Shown here in pieces: positions 13,234 through 26,279 of a stretch of DNA of 64,000 bases. This stretch comes from Nageia nagi (Eukaryota; Plantae; Pinophyta). Location of the stretch: NCBI GenBank assembly GCA_050084985.1, contig JBITNC010000002.1, positions 28,458,001-28,522,000 of the forward strand. The letters are read 5' to 3'. Both the position numbers and the translations under genes were made by a program. Positions within the stretch are counted from its first letter, which is position 1; each line of letters opens with the position of its first letter. Under the pieces are notes generated by a model that saw only the letters and a list, made by a program, of their open reading frames with translations, did no database searches and had not been told where the DNA came from.

Positions 13234-13940
13234 CTGTCCAAAACAGAGAGATTACAACTTCAATCAATAAATTTGTTCAATTAAGTAAATGTTTTAACCC
13301 AATATATTGAGGACAACATGGTGATAGAACGAGATGCATAGTAATACATTAGAGATAAAGAGAAGTTTCAAAAAGTTAAATAGGTGAGTATGATCAATTG
13401 TAAATCTAATCTTAAATGTGGAATGAAGATCACACTGTCATGTTAATCCATGCATGACAATATCTACAAAAAAACAAATGAAACTAATCAAAGCAGAAAA
13501 TAGACGAACAAGGCATCTCAAGTATTTTAATCAGGTCTAAAGTGGAGGCAAACAATAGAGGACAAAAAATAGAAGTTCTATGAGCTTCTAAACAAGATTT
13601 TAGTCAATTGCAAAGAAAATTGAAGGCAAGTTAAACAAGTACAAAATCTAACTATAGTCTATAACAAGACAAATAGCCGGAACAATATCCAAGTATTGCT
13701 ATAATACTGTTATTGACTGGTTCTATCGAGGATAGTCAAAGAAACAAGTTCATAAGATTCCCAAAGTAGTGGTGTTCAATTCATATGATTATAATGTACT
13801 CCCATAATCAGATGTGATTTGATGAGGCATTGTACTTTCTTGTTTATTTAATTGATTTCTTGAAACACTTTGCAGTTGCATTTCCTTTTAGTCATTTTGT
13901 ACAAAAATCGAAAGGGGAATGTTCTGTAACTCATAAAGGA

Positions 13941-14140
13941 ATTTATATTAACTAATATTTTCAATGTCCTCGAGTAATTGATATGCCCTCTAAAAAACAA
14001 ATCAATGATATTTAACATTGATACAAATTGCATGAGTTTCATCTATATCAACTAATATTTTCAACATCCTCGAGTAATTGATATGCCCTCTAAAAAACAA
14101 ATCAATGATATTTAATATTGATACAAATTGCATGAGTTTC
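13941..14140. repeat. Tandem duplication, 2 x 100 bp
   Basis: 13941-14040 and 14041-14140 are nearly identical. Confidence 0.95.
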
Positions 14141-14599
14141 AAAATGAAACTTCAGTACCTAAAGATAATTATATATTTAGTTGTGAACTTAATGTAATAC
14201 TCAAGCCTACTTTCCCAAGCCTCTAGAGGATTTTGTGAACTTGTTGATAGAATATGAACAGAATAAAACAAGTCATATTTTCCTTGAACAAATAAATATG
14301 ATGGTGAAGATTGTCATCATTGAAATCTTATTATTTCAATTCTCACTCATCAAACCTCCTTGGAAATCGACTTCTAGATAGTCTCCACCTGATTTTAGCG
14401 TGTCTCCCCATCACATCCAGCAGAAGCTCTTCAAGGTGTGTTACAAAAAGTATGAAATTTAATAAAAAGAATCATATCAGTTCATAATTAGTGCCTATTG
14501 CTAGAGAGAGAAGTGGGGAGAGGAAAGAAGAAACGGACAAAGAAATTTTCTTAATGGCCATGCATGACCAATGTAGGACAACGAGATTCGATAAGAAAT

Positions 14600-16680
14600 G
14601 ATTGTATACTCACCATTAGGAAGGCTTGAACAAGACCCAAAATCTAAAACAAATAGGGTATGTTGGGATGGAAATCCTTCTTCATCAAAAATGACCATGG
14701 TGAGATGGGCAAAATGGGAAAGCACCCCAACATCTAGGTGAGACAGTGCTACTTTCTCCAGCTTGAAAGGACTCCTACCTCAAGGTTTATATGTGAATGG
14801 TGTGCAAAGTTGTATGGTGAACTCTAGGATAGCTCAAGTGGGAGAGGATGACCGTTAACCTGTTAAGGCATCTGGAGTTTGTTTCTAGCTTTAGATAGTC
14901 TTCCTAGACTTTACTGAAATTTGTTTAAGTTCATTCTACAATTTAGCAGTAACGGAAAGGGTTGGTTCTCAAAGAAAAAGAAAGACAAAGAAAAGTAAAT
15001 AAATAAAAGTAAAAATGGAATAGAATGGGGAACCAAGTTTCTAAGATACAAGAAGAGACTTATCACAAGTGATGCATTGTCTAAGTCCTTGGCTTTCCGG
15101 GTTTGTTAGTCTTTCATTCATTCATTCAAATCTAAACACAAATGACATAGTCCAAATTGTAAATAAATGAGAGCACATGGCAATTTGATCCTCTAGAGAT
15201 CACCAGATGGAAGAAAAAGATGAAAAAGGTGGAAACACCAAGTTTGAATAAAAGATCACTTTCAAACGACATAGAAAGGCATATATTCATAGTACATTCA
15301 CTTTACATGCAAGACATAAAAGAAAAAACTTAAACACGTGAAATGATATTCAACAAATTTTTCTAAAACTCATGGTTTTCAAGAGAAAGGAACATAAGCA
15401 TTCAATTCACAACATAGAATGAAAAAGCTTTCAATTTATGACATTCATATCCCCAAAATCGACAAATCCACTTCTTTACATTGCTTTCAAGAAAGCTTTG
15501 TCCTCTCTGGTCCTCTATTCTATCAATCCTCCTTACAGTTTAATCCTTAGCTGGCACTGCAGAGGAAGCCACGAGGGTTACCAAGGTTGTCGAAGCTTCA
15601 ATGTGGTAGCTTATCAGGCATACCACTCCTTTCATTCCTCACCTTACTACACGGAAATCTATCAGTTACGAAGCTTGTGGGAGCCCTTCATGACGGATGT
15701 TGGGTGCCTAGGGCGTTAGTGCATATTCAGGGATCTCACTCGATCAAGAGCCCTTGGAAGCATGACAAAGTAGAGACACATAGATAGGCGCTCCAGACCA
15801 TATTCTTGGGACTTTGCCGTATCGGAGACACTATGGGAGCCTGGACCTGATGTCAATGTTTCACATCGAAGTGCCAGTGTCATGTCCACAAAGGCATGCC
15901 CTACCCATATGGGCGTTGGCTCTTTGAAGTATTTATAGTTTCACTAGGCACAAATTCCTCATGTTGCCCAAATGCTAATAAAATAAATTGGACTTACATT
16001 GAAATTACATTCCACTTGTGGGGAGTAAAAACTCTTCCCCACTAGAAAATAAACTAAATACTAAAATTTCTGACCAACTTCATCTTGATCTTTGTGCCTT
16101 GGGAATCATGATAATTTAGATCCTTGTGCATGAATCTTTTCATCTTGTGTGCATCCTTGAGGAAATTCCTCATTTTCGCCTTGATTAGGGTCTTTAAAGT
16201 CATGCAGATTGGTTCATGCCCTTGAAAATCTCTCCCTTGCCTAGTCGCACCATTTAGGCCTCTAAAATCTTTTAAGAGTCTGATTTCATGAGACCAAGGA
16301 GAGATAGTAAGAGTAAAATGTAGAAGTGAAAGCTTTACTCCTCTTTATACTCCTTTTGAAGGTGTCTAGGACATGTGGCATACACATATTGGGTGATAAA
16401 TCAGCCTTGTTTTATATGATATAAGGTCTAGGGTTGGTAGCATGTAAATGAGGTCTTAAACTCCTTATTCCCCCAATTTGGTATGCCTAGGAGAGGTGTG
16501 CATGCTTTTGGGGTCTTAAAAGTATTAAGACTCCCAAAAGGTGAGCCCAAGGGAAAGAGATGTGAGTGGTGTGCACAAATGAAGACCCAAGACACCTTTT
16601 ATACTTCTTTGAGCAACTCTTGGACACTTGGCATTCTCCCATTTGATAAAAAATTGGCCTTGTTTAGTGCGACAACAACA
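14600..16680. repeat. Large LTR-like repeat, same family as 30993-34581
   Basis: Colinear similarity (GGGAAAG.ACCCCAACAT.TAG.TGAGACAG; ATGACATTCATATCCCCAAA) with about 31260-32330; boundaries uncertain. Confidence 0.6.
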
Positions 16681-17640
16681 ATTTGAGCTGGGTGCACCTT
16701 CTAGACCCCTTAAAACTTCTAACCTTTCAAAACGATGGTCTCAACGATGTAATGACCCAAAATGGCAGGTCCCAGCTCATGAGCATATTATTCAAATCCT
16801 ATTTTAGCTCATGTAGTGGGATGCACCTCCTTTGGAGGATTCTTTGTCATTTATTGTAATTTCTAAGCATGTTTAATAATTTTTGGCCATATGGAGATGA
16901 ATGTTCCAATTTGGATGCAAAAATGCTTAATTGAGCACTCAAGGTGGCACATCCCTCTTCTAGGGGTACTTAGGAGTGTTTTAAGTGGTTAGATGTGATT
17001 TAATATTTGTTTAAGTTGTTGACCACATTCAGAATATGATTTGTAAAGGTGTAGATCTCATTAAGTGGGACGTCCCATTTGCAAGGCCACTTTCAAATCC
17101 CAATAATGTAATTTCATGATTCCAAGTTGCTAGTTGGGAAGATCAGCCAATTCAGGATGTATTATGATTATTTTGTGAGCTCCTCTATAAGAAAGAGGAG
17201 TGTCCACATTTGGGCATCCATTATCTATCATTTTATCAACAATACTTCTTCTTGAAGTGTGGGGCTACAACAATCACATGCCAAAACCCTCTTGAAGGGT
17301 GCAATTTTCGTCAAGAGCTACTAGGTCATGAGATCTAGAGGGCCTGGTGCCTTCGCAACATCTTCATAGTTCAAATCTACACTTGGAGGCTCCGGCACAA
17401 CATTTGTTAGTTCAAGAGAGCATAATTGGAAGGTCATTTAATTTGGAGGTTGTTAGTGGATCCTCGAATCTTAATTCAGCCTTGGAGGGAGGACGTCTAG
17501 CTAGAGAGAGATAATTTGAGTTTAGATTTGCAATTGGTAGCTATGGAGTGGTTGATTGAGCCCCTTGGAGGGGCGTGACATTTCTAGGGCACACTTAGGG
17601 CATTTTGAGGCTTGTTGTGATGAGCCAAACTAGGGCTCAC

Positions 17641-20600
17641 TGTTGGTGCAGATTCCCTTAGAAGATCCAAATAAATCTCCAAAAAAAGTAATTGATTTAC
17701 ACAACAAGCAAACCAATGGAAGAATAACCCTTTTTTTTAACACACACCTTATTTTATTCTTCTGAATCTGCACTACCTTTTTCAGGTCTGTTACAATAGC
17801 TCATATAGCCAAGAGAAAACTTGCACTTCCAGAAAATCACGAACCGTCCGAAAACTCGCACTTACAAAAAATAGAAACTTTCTAAAAATAGACAAATGGA
17901 AACTTTCTAAAAATAGAAAGGTCCTCAGATCATGGCCAAACTGGGCGTGCAAGCACAGTTAACAAGGACTAAAGGAACTCTCACTTATTATCTTAAACAA
18001 ACTCTTACAACAAAAGATATTAAAGTCTACTTATTGAGAAATCCTGAAAACTGACACTAAAAGCTAATTTTGAGGCACTAAATGATGGATTTAGGCCAAT
18101 CGGAAAACTTTCCGTTTGGACGCATGCCTCCCATAGGAGGTTGCCACCGCATGATAAAAACCCATATTTAGCTCTCCTCAAAATTTCAAGACGATCCGAC
18201 AGTCGGATCAAAAGTTATGAACGTTTGACGGTGCATCATTCTCCTCTGGTTGAAAGGAACTCTGCTCCTGCGAGTTCTGCTGTTGAAATTCCTGAAGTTT
18301 ATCATTAGCAATCCTCCTTACTTTTTCCTCTGAAACCCATGTATTGTCCGCTGCTGATAGCCCTTCCCATTGTACCAGGTACTTGGTATAGCTCCCATGT
18401 CGAGTGTTGAACACTGTCTGATCAAGGATCTGTGTAATGCGCTCCTTTTTCTTAGGAACCTGTTGCTCCCATTGTATTGGAGTTGTAGCCTCAACATCTT
18501 CATCATCACCATGGAAAGCATATAAATCAGAGACATTGAAAATAGGAGAAATATCTAAATTATCTGGCAACCCCACCTTATATACATTGTTGTTCCTTTT
18601 CTCAAGAATCCTACATGGACCAATCTTCTTTAGCTTCAACTTATTATAGGTGCCTTTGGGAAACCTCTCCTTACGAAGGTGGACCATCACTAAGTCACCC
18701 TCCTGAAAAATCTTTTCTCTCCTATGGGCATCTGCTACTGCTTTATACTTACTATTATTCTCATGCAATCGTGCTCGAACCTCCTCCTGTAGTTGGTGTA
18801 TGTGCTCTGCAAATGCCTCTGCATTATCACTAATATTGTCTGTGATTGGTAATTCAACTAAGTCAAGGACACCCTTGGGATTTTGGCCATAAACAATTTG
18901 GAAAGGCGATTTCCCTGTTGAACGATTCACTGAACTATTATATGCAAATTCTGATTGTGCTAATGCTCTATCCCACTGCTTTGGTTTTGCACCAACTATA
19001 CACCTTAACAAATTTCCCAAGCTACGATTTACAACCTTGGTCTGGCCATCAGTTTGTGGATGATAAGCACTGCTGAACTGTAATTGGGTACCCAACTTTT
19101 TCCATAATGTTCTCCAGAAATGGCTCAAGAATTTGACATCTCGATCTGAGGTAATGGATTTTGGAACACCATGCAACCTAACAATTTCATCAAAAAATAG
19201 AACTGTGACACTAGTGGCATCCTCTGTCTTCTGACATGCAATGAAATGGGCCATCTTAGAGAACCTATCAACAACAAGGATGGAGTCCTTACCTCGTTGA
19301 GTACGTGGTAATCCCAACACAAAGTCCATGCTTAAGTCGACCCATGCTCCTGTCGGAATAGGTAAGGGCATATACAAGCCGGTATTTTGGGCATGGCCCT
19401 TTGCCATTTGACATATCCTACATCGATTGACAAATCTGATCACATCTCTCCTTAGCTTTGGCCAATAGTACTTTTCTGCAACAAGCACCAATGTCTTATC
19501 TATCCCAAAGTGTCCTGCCAGACCTCCACTATGAAGCTCCCTCAAAATATTCTCCCTCATAGAACCAATTGGAATACATAATTGTGTGCCTCTAAATAAG
19601 TAACCATCCTGTATAATGTATTCTGAAAGAATGTTACCACTCTGACCAAAGGTTGGATTCTTAAACTCTTGCATCATCGGTCCAAAATCAGCATCATCTT
19701 CATACATATCTTTGATACCCTCAAATCCAACCACTACATTTTCCATGGTTGTCAGAAATAATGATTTCCTACTCAGTGCATCCGCCACCTTATTCTGTTT
19801 TCCTGATTTATGCTTCAAAGTGAATTCATACTCTTGCAAAAATGATACCCACTTTGCATGCCTTTTATCCACTTTCTTTTGGGAATTGACATACCGTAAC
19901 GCTTCATGGTCAGTAAAAAGCACAAACTCCTTGGACAGCAGGTAATGACGCCAATATCTTAGTGCTTGTACAATAGCATAAAATTTGACATCATAAGTGG
20001 AGTAGTTCTTCCTTACCTCATTCAATTTCTCACTGAAGAATGCTATCGATCTTCCTCCTTGGCTCAACACGGCTCCAATCCCAATATGTGAGGCATCACA
20101 ATCAACCTCAAATAGTTTTTCAAAATCTGGTAACACTAAGACAGGTGTTGTTGTTACCTTCCGTTTCAAAAGCTCAAAACTCTTTGCTACTTCCTCTGTC
20201 CATATAAATTCCCTCCCCTTCATGCATTCTGTGATGGGGGCAGCAATGCTACTGAAATTCCTAATGAATTTCCTATAGAAAGCTGCTAATCCATGGAAAC
20301 TTCGTACCTCTGTTACATTTCTTGGGACAGGCCACTCAATGATTGTCCTCACCTTTTCTTCATCCATTTTGAGGCCATCTCTTGAAACTACAAACCCCAA
20401 AAATACTAAGCTCTCTTGAAGGAAGCTACACTTCTTAATATTGGCATACAATTTCTCCTTTCTTAACAAATCTAACACCAGCCTTAAGTGAAGCATGTGA
20501 TCTTCTGCAGTCTTACTAAAAATCAAAATATCATCAAAGTAAACCACTAGAAACTTACCATTGTATTCCCGTAGCACTCTATTCATCAACCGCATGAAGG

Positions 20601-22125
20601 TACTTGGTGCATTGGATAACCCAAATGGCATCACCATCCATTCGTATAATCCATCTCGAGTCTTAAAAGTTGTCTTCCATTCATCACCCTCTCGAATCCG
20701 AATCTGGTAATAACCACTCCTCAGGTCAATCTTACTAAAGTAATTAGAGCCAGCTAAAGCATCCATCATATCATCAATCCTTGGCATCGGAAATCTATAT
20801 CTTATGGTGATCTTGTTTATGGCCCTGCTATCAACACACTTCCGCCATGAGCCATCCTTCTTGGGAGTCAAAAGTGCAGGAGTTGCACAAGGACTCATGC
20901 TCTCCCTAACCAATCCCTTCTGTACCAATTCTGTTACTTGTTTATTCATTTCAGCATTCTGTGTTGGGCTCAACCGATAGGCTGCTTGATTGGGAAGAGA
21001 TGATCCTGGGATTAAATCAATATGGTGCTGGATATCCCTCTTTGGTGGTAGTCCATTTGGCAATTCTTCTGGTAGGACATCTGCATATTCCTTTAGCAAC
21101 TTCCTCACTACAGGTGGTATGAGGATCTCCCTTGTTTCTACCTTTTGTGTAGTTAACACATAACACCAACCAACTTCATGTGCTTCTGTGAGAAATCTTT
21201 TTGCGGTCAAAAGGCTTTGTCCTTGGGCTTCTTCCTTAAGGGATAAAAGAACCACCTTTACACCATCTTTCCAGAATGTGTAAGTGTTCTTACTTCCATC
21301 ATGATGAGTCTTCCTGTCAAACTGTCATGGTCTCCTAAATAATATATGACATGCATCCATGGGAATTACATCACACCATACCTCATCTTTATAAGTATCC
21401 CCAATGGAAAACTTTACTAGACACCTCTTATCAATAGTTACCTCATTTCCCTTCTTGATCCATGAAACACGATATGGACATGGGTGCTTTTGACATTTGA
21501 GTTTCAACTTATCAACCATTACAGTAGAAACCATGTTTTCACAACTACCACCATCAATTACTATGTTACATACCTTTCCTCCTGTTGTGCATCTTGTATG
21601 AAATATATTGGTACGAAGCCAACAATTACCACTATCCTCAGCTTGCATGTTCTCCTCCCTTGGAACAATCAGGGTCCTTCTTATCATTAGGTTCTCACCC
21701 ATATCTGCAGAAACTTCTGTTTCAACCTCCTCTTCTTCCTCAACTAGAGCAACCCTAGCATTTCCCCTCTCTTCAGCCTCATATTGGGGACATTCAGATG
21801 CCTTGTGACCTTCTTCATGACATCTATAACAAATTAATGGTTTCCATGTGCCAATAGTAGATCGACCCCCTCCATTACCTCTTCCTCTAGGGTATCCCCT
21901 TCCTCTCTGACTTTGGTTTACCTCTTCTTGTTTAGTGGGTACGAAGGATTCTCCCTTGGAGAAATTAGATCCTCCTCACCCCCGATTCGAAGGTGTGAAT
22001 CCCTTCTTTCCTCCTCGATTGGTCCTTCTCAATTTTTCCTCAACCTTGAGGGCTATTTGATATGCATCCTCCACAGGAGTGCGATGCATGTTAATTTCAT
22101 CTTGAATAACAAAGCTCAGACCATT
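17641..22125 (-). mobile_element. CRM-clade chromovirus (Ty3/Gypsy), 5'-truncated; 3' LTR about 17641-18238
   Basis: PPT AGAGGAGAA next to TGATGCAC; protease RTNIFHTRC...VIDGGSCENMV; gag cut at about 22125. Confidence 0.85.
18208..21255 (-). CDS. pol: Gypsy pol: RT, RNase H, integrase, chromodomain (1015 aa open)
   Basis: [29 protein letters not shown]...[27 protein letters not shown]...NTWV; the ORF runs into the 3' LTR. Confidence 0.95.
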   Translation of the reverse strand: MVLLSLKEEAQGQSLLTAKRFLTEAHEVGWCYVLTTQKVETREILIPPVVRKLLKEYADVLPEELPNGLPPKRDIQHHIDLIPGSSLPNQAAYRLSPTQNAEMNKQVTELVQKGLVRESMSPCATPALLTPKKDGSWRKCVDSRAINKITIRYRFPMPRIDDMMDALAGSNYFSKIDLRSGYYQIRIREGDEWKTTFKTRDGLYEWMVMPFGLSNAPSTFMRLMNRVLREYNGKFLVVYFDDILIFSKTAEDHMLHLRLVLDLLRKEKLYANIKKCSFLQESLVFLGFVVSRDGLKMDEEKVRTIIEWPVPRNVTEVRSFHGLAAFYRKFIRNFSSIAAPITECMKGREFIWTEEVAKSFELLKRKVTTTPVLVLPDFEKLFEVDCDASHIGIGAVLSQGGRSIAFFSEKLNEVRKNYSTYDVKFYAIVQALRYWRHYLLSKEFVLFTDHEALRYVNSQKKVDKRHAKWVSFLQEYEFTLKHKSGKQNKVADALSRKSLFLTTMENVVVGFEGIKDMYEDDADFGPMMQEFKNPTFGQSGNILSEYIIQDGYLFRGTQLCIPIGSMRENILRELHSGGLAGHFGIDKTLVLVAEKYYWPKLRRDVIRFVNRCRICQMAKGHAQNTGLYMPLPIPTGAWVDLSMDFVLGLPRTQRGKDSILVVDRFSKMAHFIACQKTEDATSVTVLFFDEIVRLHGVPKSITSDRDVKFLSHFWRTLWKKLGTQLQFSSAYHPQTDGQTKVVNRSLGNLLRCIVGAKPKQWDRALAQSEFAYNSSVNRSTGKSPFQIVYGQNPKGVLDLVELPITDNISDNAEAFAEHIHQLQEEVRARLHENNSKYKAVADAHRREKIFQEGDLVMVHLRKERFPKGTYNKLKLKKIGPCRILEKRNNNVYKVGLPDNLDISPIFNVSDLYAFHGDDEDVEATTPIQWEQQVPKKKERITQILDQTVFNTRHGSYTKYLVQWEGLSAADNTWVSEEKVRRIANDKLQEFQQQNSQEQSSFQPEENDAPSNVHNF

Positions 22126-22814
22126 TACGTATCTTGCAGACTGGTGAAGGGAACGTCGTCCTCACCACATAGGTATTCATGATGCCGACTCAGGTGACGA
22201 TGCGGAAGAGGATGAGGACACAGGGGATATACAAACCGGATGGGATGCTCCCTACACGGCGGTAGGGTGGGGAGGAGAGAGTAGCCCGACATATGCCCGT
22301 GACGCATCTCTAGATGCAGGTCATGATGACAACGAAGAGATAGATCCAGACCAGGATGAGTATGAACCTAAGGATGAGGCGGATACAGATGCGGAGGAGG
22401 AAGACGATGATGAGGATGATGACGGTAGCTTATTTTCTCTTTTGCTTTCTTTTGATTTTCTGCTTTCATGATATGCAAAAGACTAACATGATATGTCTAT
22501 GCTATGTCACAGATGACCAGGACCCTGAGGTTGAGATGGCTAGGCTACGCGGTCAAATCGGTTAGAAGGATGCGGAGATCAGAGAGCTACAGGGTCGTCT
22601 ACGGTTCGGAGGGGATTATATTGGCATCTATCAGGACCTACAGGCAGCCAACAAAGAGATCAAAGCCCTCTACAAGCAGCTTCACCAGGCCGAGAGACAG
22701 ATCGGCGAGGAGAAGGCGCGCGCAGAGAAGTACAAGGCACGGTGCGGGGGTGGCTCATCTAGCAGGGCTACTAGCTCTAGTGTAGGGGGAGGGGGCTCTA
22801 GTAGGAGATTCTAG
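22126..22814 (+). pseudogene. C-terminal part of an antisense extra gene of the retroelement (acidic tract + coiled coil), with an 88-nt intron at 22425-22512
   Basis: Removing the GT...AG intron joins ...EEDDDEDDD to DDQDPEVEMARLRGQIG*KDAEIRELQGRL...GGGGSSRRF* in frame; two in-frame stops. Confidence 0.7.
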
Positions 22815-23219
22815 GTCATTCTATGTGATCTCATCCAGTTGTATTAAGACTTCCTGTAAACAGAAACATTTTGATTTTTCATAATATATATATAAAATAC
22901 AAATTTTGTTACCTGCTTGCTCTTGTATGTGTGCTTGTGATGGATGAAACTAATGTTCCGTGATTCCTGAAAACGAACGCCAATGACACAACCTGCAATT
23001 CTGACTTCTCATGCTGCGGGGGGAATTGAAACCTTTGACTTTCTCCTGTTTTCCACTAAAAGAGAACCACCGGCGGTCCTATTAACATGAAATATAACGC
23101 CGGCACTCCTGTTATAACGTCATGAAGCTCCCCAATCTCTTCACCATGGCATCCGTTAGTGACCTGGACTGACTGTTAGCTTCTCTCTTTTTTTTTTGTG
23201 TTAGTTTAGTCATATCAAT

Positions 23220-25391
23220 CTACCAAATGATACCCCCGGAAAGCCTAGAGCTCCCACTGGTGCTAGCCTCATTCTGTCGTCCCTCTGACTGTCTTTCTAA
23301 GATCTTGATTCCCCTTGTCGTGTGTCCCTGGGCAAATAGTATTCCGGTACCATGTTGTGGCATTGGGTTCTTATATATCCCCAATTTTTCGTTATCTGTG
23401 TGCACTGGAGTCTTTCTTTTCTTTTCTGGTTTGTTGAATGAGATAGCCTTCTTATCTACTAAATCCTGAATAATATCTCTGAATTTTTGACATTCACATG
23501 TTTTATGGCCATGACCCCTGTGATATCTGCAAAATCCTCCTGTAGTTCTTGTGTTTCTTTGATTCACCGGTGGTAACTGGATCAAACCTCTTTGCACCAA
23601 TGACTGTAACAACTCATCATGATCTTCGGTAACTTTGGTATATGCTCTAGGGGTCCTCTGTTTCGTGGGTCCTTGCGACTCTTTGGTTGCTGCAACTGTA
23701 GCTATCACTTTGGTTGGTATTGGTTTTTCATCTTTCTTATGCCCCCATAAACCAATTTTCATCAAGTGTCTGTCTTTTCGAATCATGGATAGGATCATTT
23801 CTGTAAGGGGTTGTTCTAGATAATTGAAAAATTCGAGCATCACCTCATCCCTTAGTGACTTTATCAACATCTGCTTCAATTCCTTTTCACTTAATTCTAT
23901 GTATGTCGCCACTTTCTTCCAACCTGCCACAAACTCTTCAAATGATTGGTTCTTCCCTTGTCTCATTCTAGCCAAATCCATGATGGTAGGTTTCTTCTTT
24001 ATATTGTGTTGATACCGATCCAAGAACTCCTGTTTTAACTGTCCATAGATGGTGATACTTTGGTCCTTTAGGTCATAAAACCATTCTGAAGCTTCTTCTC
24101 CTAGACTGAGCTGAAATAACCTAGCCAACATATCCGCATCATGAAGGTGACTACAAGCTGCCTCCTCGAAAATCGTGATGTGCATCCTTGGATCACTTAT
24201 ACCGTCATACTTGCTGAATTCGATGTCTTCACCTTCCCATGTTCTTCTTCTAATTCTTGTGCAAAGAGGATGATTTTCTGTTAAATATTTATTTGCTTTT
24301 TCGTCATGTAACAATGTTAACTTTTTGAGCTGCTCGGCCATTGCTTGAAGTTGTGCCATTCTTTGCTCTGCTATCTCTCTTTGCCTTTGTTTACCTGTGT
24401 CATCCTGATCTGACTTCTCTTCTGGAGTTTTACACCCTTTTGTCTCTTCTTCTTTCTCATGGTCTGATGGTCCTGGGGTGAATCTTAAATTCTGTTCCTT
24501 CCATTCCTGTACTAGCTGTATCTCTAATTCTCTTATGATGATCTCTTTTCTGCATGATTGCGATTTTTGATAAGATCCCGTGCTGATAACCCTTCTTACT
24601 TCTGCTTCTTTAATCTCTTTTTCTCAATCTGACCAATAGGGGTAAGCATCAACCAGTCTCTGTGTTATTGGGTCTATTTCAAGCTCCGTCTCTGACTCAT
24701 CATCTGATTCTTCATCAAAATGTACAACTTCCTCTTCATCTGAATACCCATTGTTCACTTCTTCCTGTATTATTGTCTCATGATTTCTAAAATCTTCAAC
24801 AAAGGTTAGAGATGACATAGATCCACAAATATTTGATTTGATATCCTTAGGAGTGGAAATTCGTTGGTTAAAGCATGGCACATAAAATTTCTCATGATCT
24901 TCTATAATAGTCAAAGTTGATTTGATGAAAGATGCTCTAATGATTGATGTGAGATTGTTTGTAGTTTTGAATTTCCATAGGTAGTGGAAAGAGTATGCTG
25001 TGCTAGTGTCTGTAGCAAATTTGTAGAACATCCCAAAATCTTTCATAAACTGTTGCACTAACCTAAGTTTTTCTTCGGTAAGGTTCCAGCTGTTGAATTT
25101 GTTGGGTCGGTACATGGTTATTGACAAATCCTTTTCGAACATTTGGCTAATATTTTCTAGGGTTTCACCATCGGAACTATCGTTGTCTTCGGAATCACCA
25201 TTATAGGATTCCTCATTTGGAAGTTTATCTTTGATAATCCCAGGAGCACTCTCTTTGTTTAGTCTAGCACTTTTCCTAGTTGGCTCTGTTCCTTTCCATG
25301 TTTTTCTTTTCCTCTTAGGTGATGATTGAACTAATGAAGAATAATCTTGAAATTCATCTATATCTTTGTCCATTTTCGAATTAGCAAGCAT
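23220..25391 (-). pseudogene. gag: Tat/Ogre-type gag with long N-terminal extension (ORFs 24624-25391 and 23220-24359)
   Basis: FSKYDGISDPRMHI, LFQLSLGEEASEWF, RQGKNQSFEEF, zinc knuckle CRYHRGHGHKTCEC; no pol follows. Confidence 0.85.
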
Positions 25392-25393
25392 GT

Positions 25394-25411
25394 TTCACGT
25401 CGGGTTCACCA
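25394..25411 (-). promoter_or_regulatory. Primer binding site complementary to plant tRNA-Trp 3' end
   Basis: Plus strand TTCACGTCGGGTTCACCA matches the recalled 3' end of plant cytosolic tRNA-Trp; 2 nt from the LTR end. Confidence 0.75.
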
Positions 25412-26279
25412 AATGTTTACAAATAAAATTGAGCATGTAAATAAATAAGCAGGTAAATATCTACAAACCCAATATATTTGTATTCGAGCTACGGATAGCA
25501 ATTTATACAAAACAATGAAAGAGACAATCAATTGCAGAAATAGAACAAGTATTTTAACAAATGAGAAACTCGAACTTATTTGCAAAACTCAGACTATACA
25601 ATATATTAAGACATGTATACATAGTCAGGCATAAGATGACACCACCTATCAAGACAGAAGTTATATACCCACCTCACAGAGCGTGCTTGAAACGAAGCTG
25701 TTGACGAAGTCCTGGGATCCAACGTTGATCATATCTGAAATCACGGAACTAAAAAGTCATAGAAGAAGGCCGCTGGCGGTGTTCATCGCACTGGATAGGA
25801 ACGTCGGCAGTATGTATTCGTCCACAGAGGAGCGCCGACGGCCTTCGATAGGCTATGATCCGTCTCCAACGAGTCTACACCTCCACTCAAATCTCGAGAT
25901 AATTGCAGTATGACATTCAGATAAGTCTCTCAGTTCTTCAGAATGCTCGCAAGAAGGGGATACACAAAATCCAGCTTGATAGGCGGTGTCAAGAGACACC
26001 TTACAATATGATTGCCAGTATCAAGACCATACGCGGGATCATGTGTATCCTTGATTATGGACTTACTATTAGATCCCTTATTTATATAGATAATAGATAA
26101 TACAACCCATGGGTCGGCATGCATCTACATAAACAAGGCTAATTCACAACATTCAAGATAACCACACCAATAAACAAGATAATTCATGCAATATTCAAGA
26201 TAATCATTATAAAATTCACATTCAAGACAAACATTGATATTATCACATTAAGACATTCAAGACATATATTTAGACCAAG

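Larger units (their letters stand above)
22126..26264 (-). mobile_element. Tat/Ogre-like pol-less LTR element with tRNA-Trp PBS and an antisense spliced gene; 3' part lost
   Basis: 5' LTR about 25414-26264, PBS 25394-25411, gag 23220-25391, convergent + strand ORF 22126-22814. Confidence 0.75.

Noticed and set aside
25394-25411. tRNA-Trp gene
   Set aside because: Only the 3' 18 nt including CCA are present, next to an LTR; it is a PBS.
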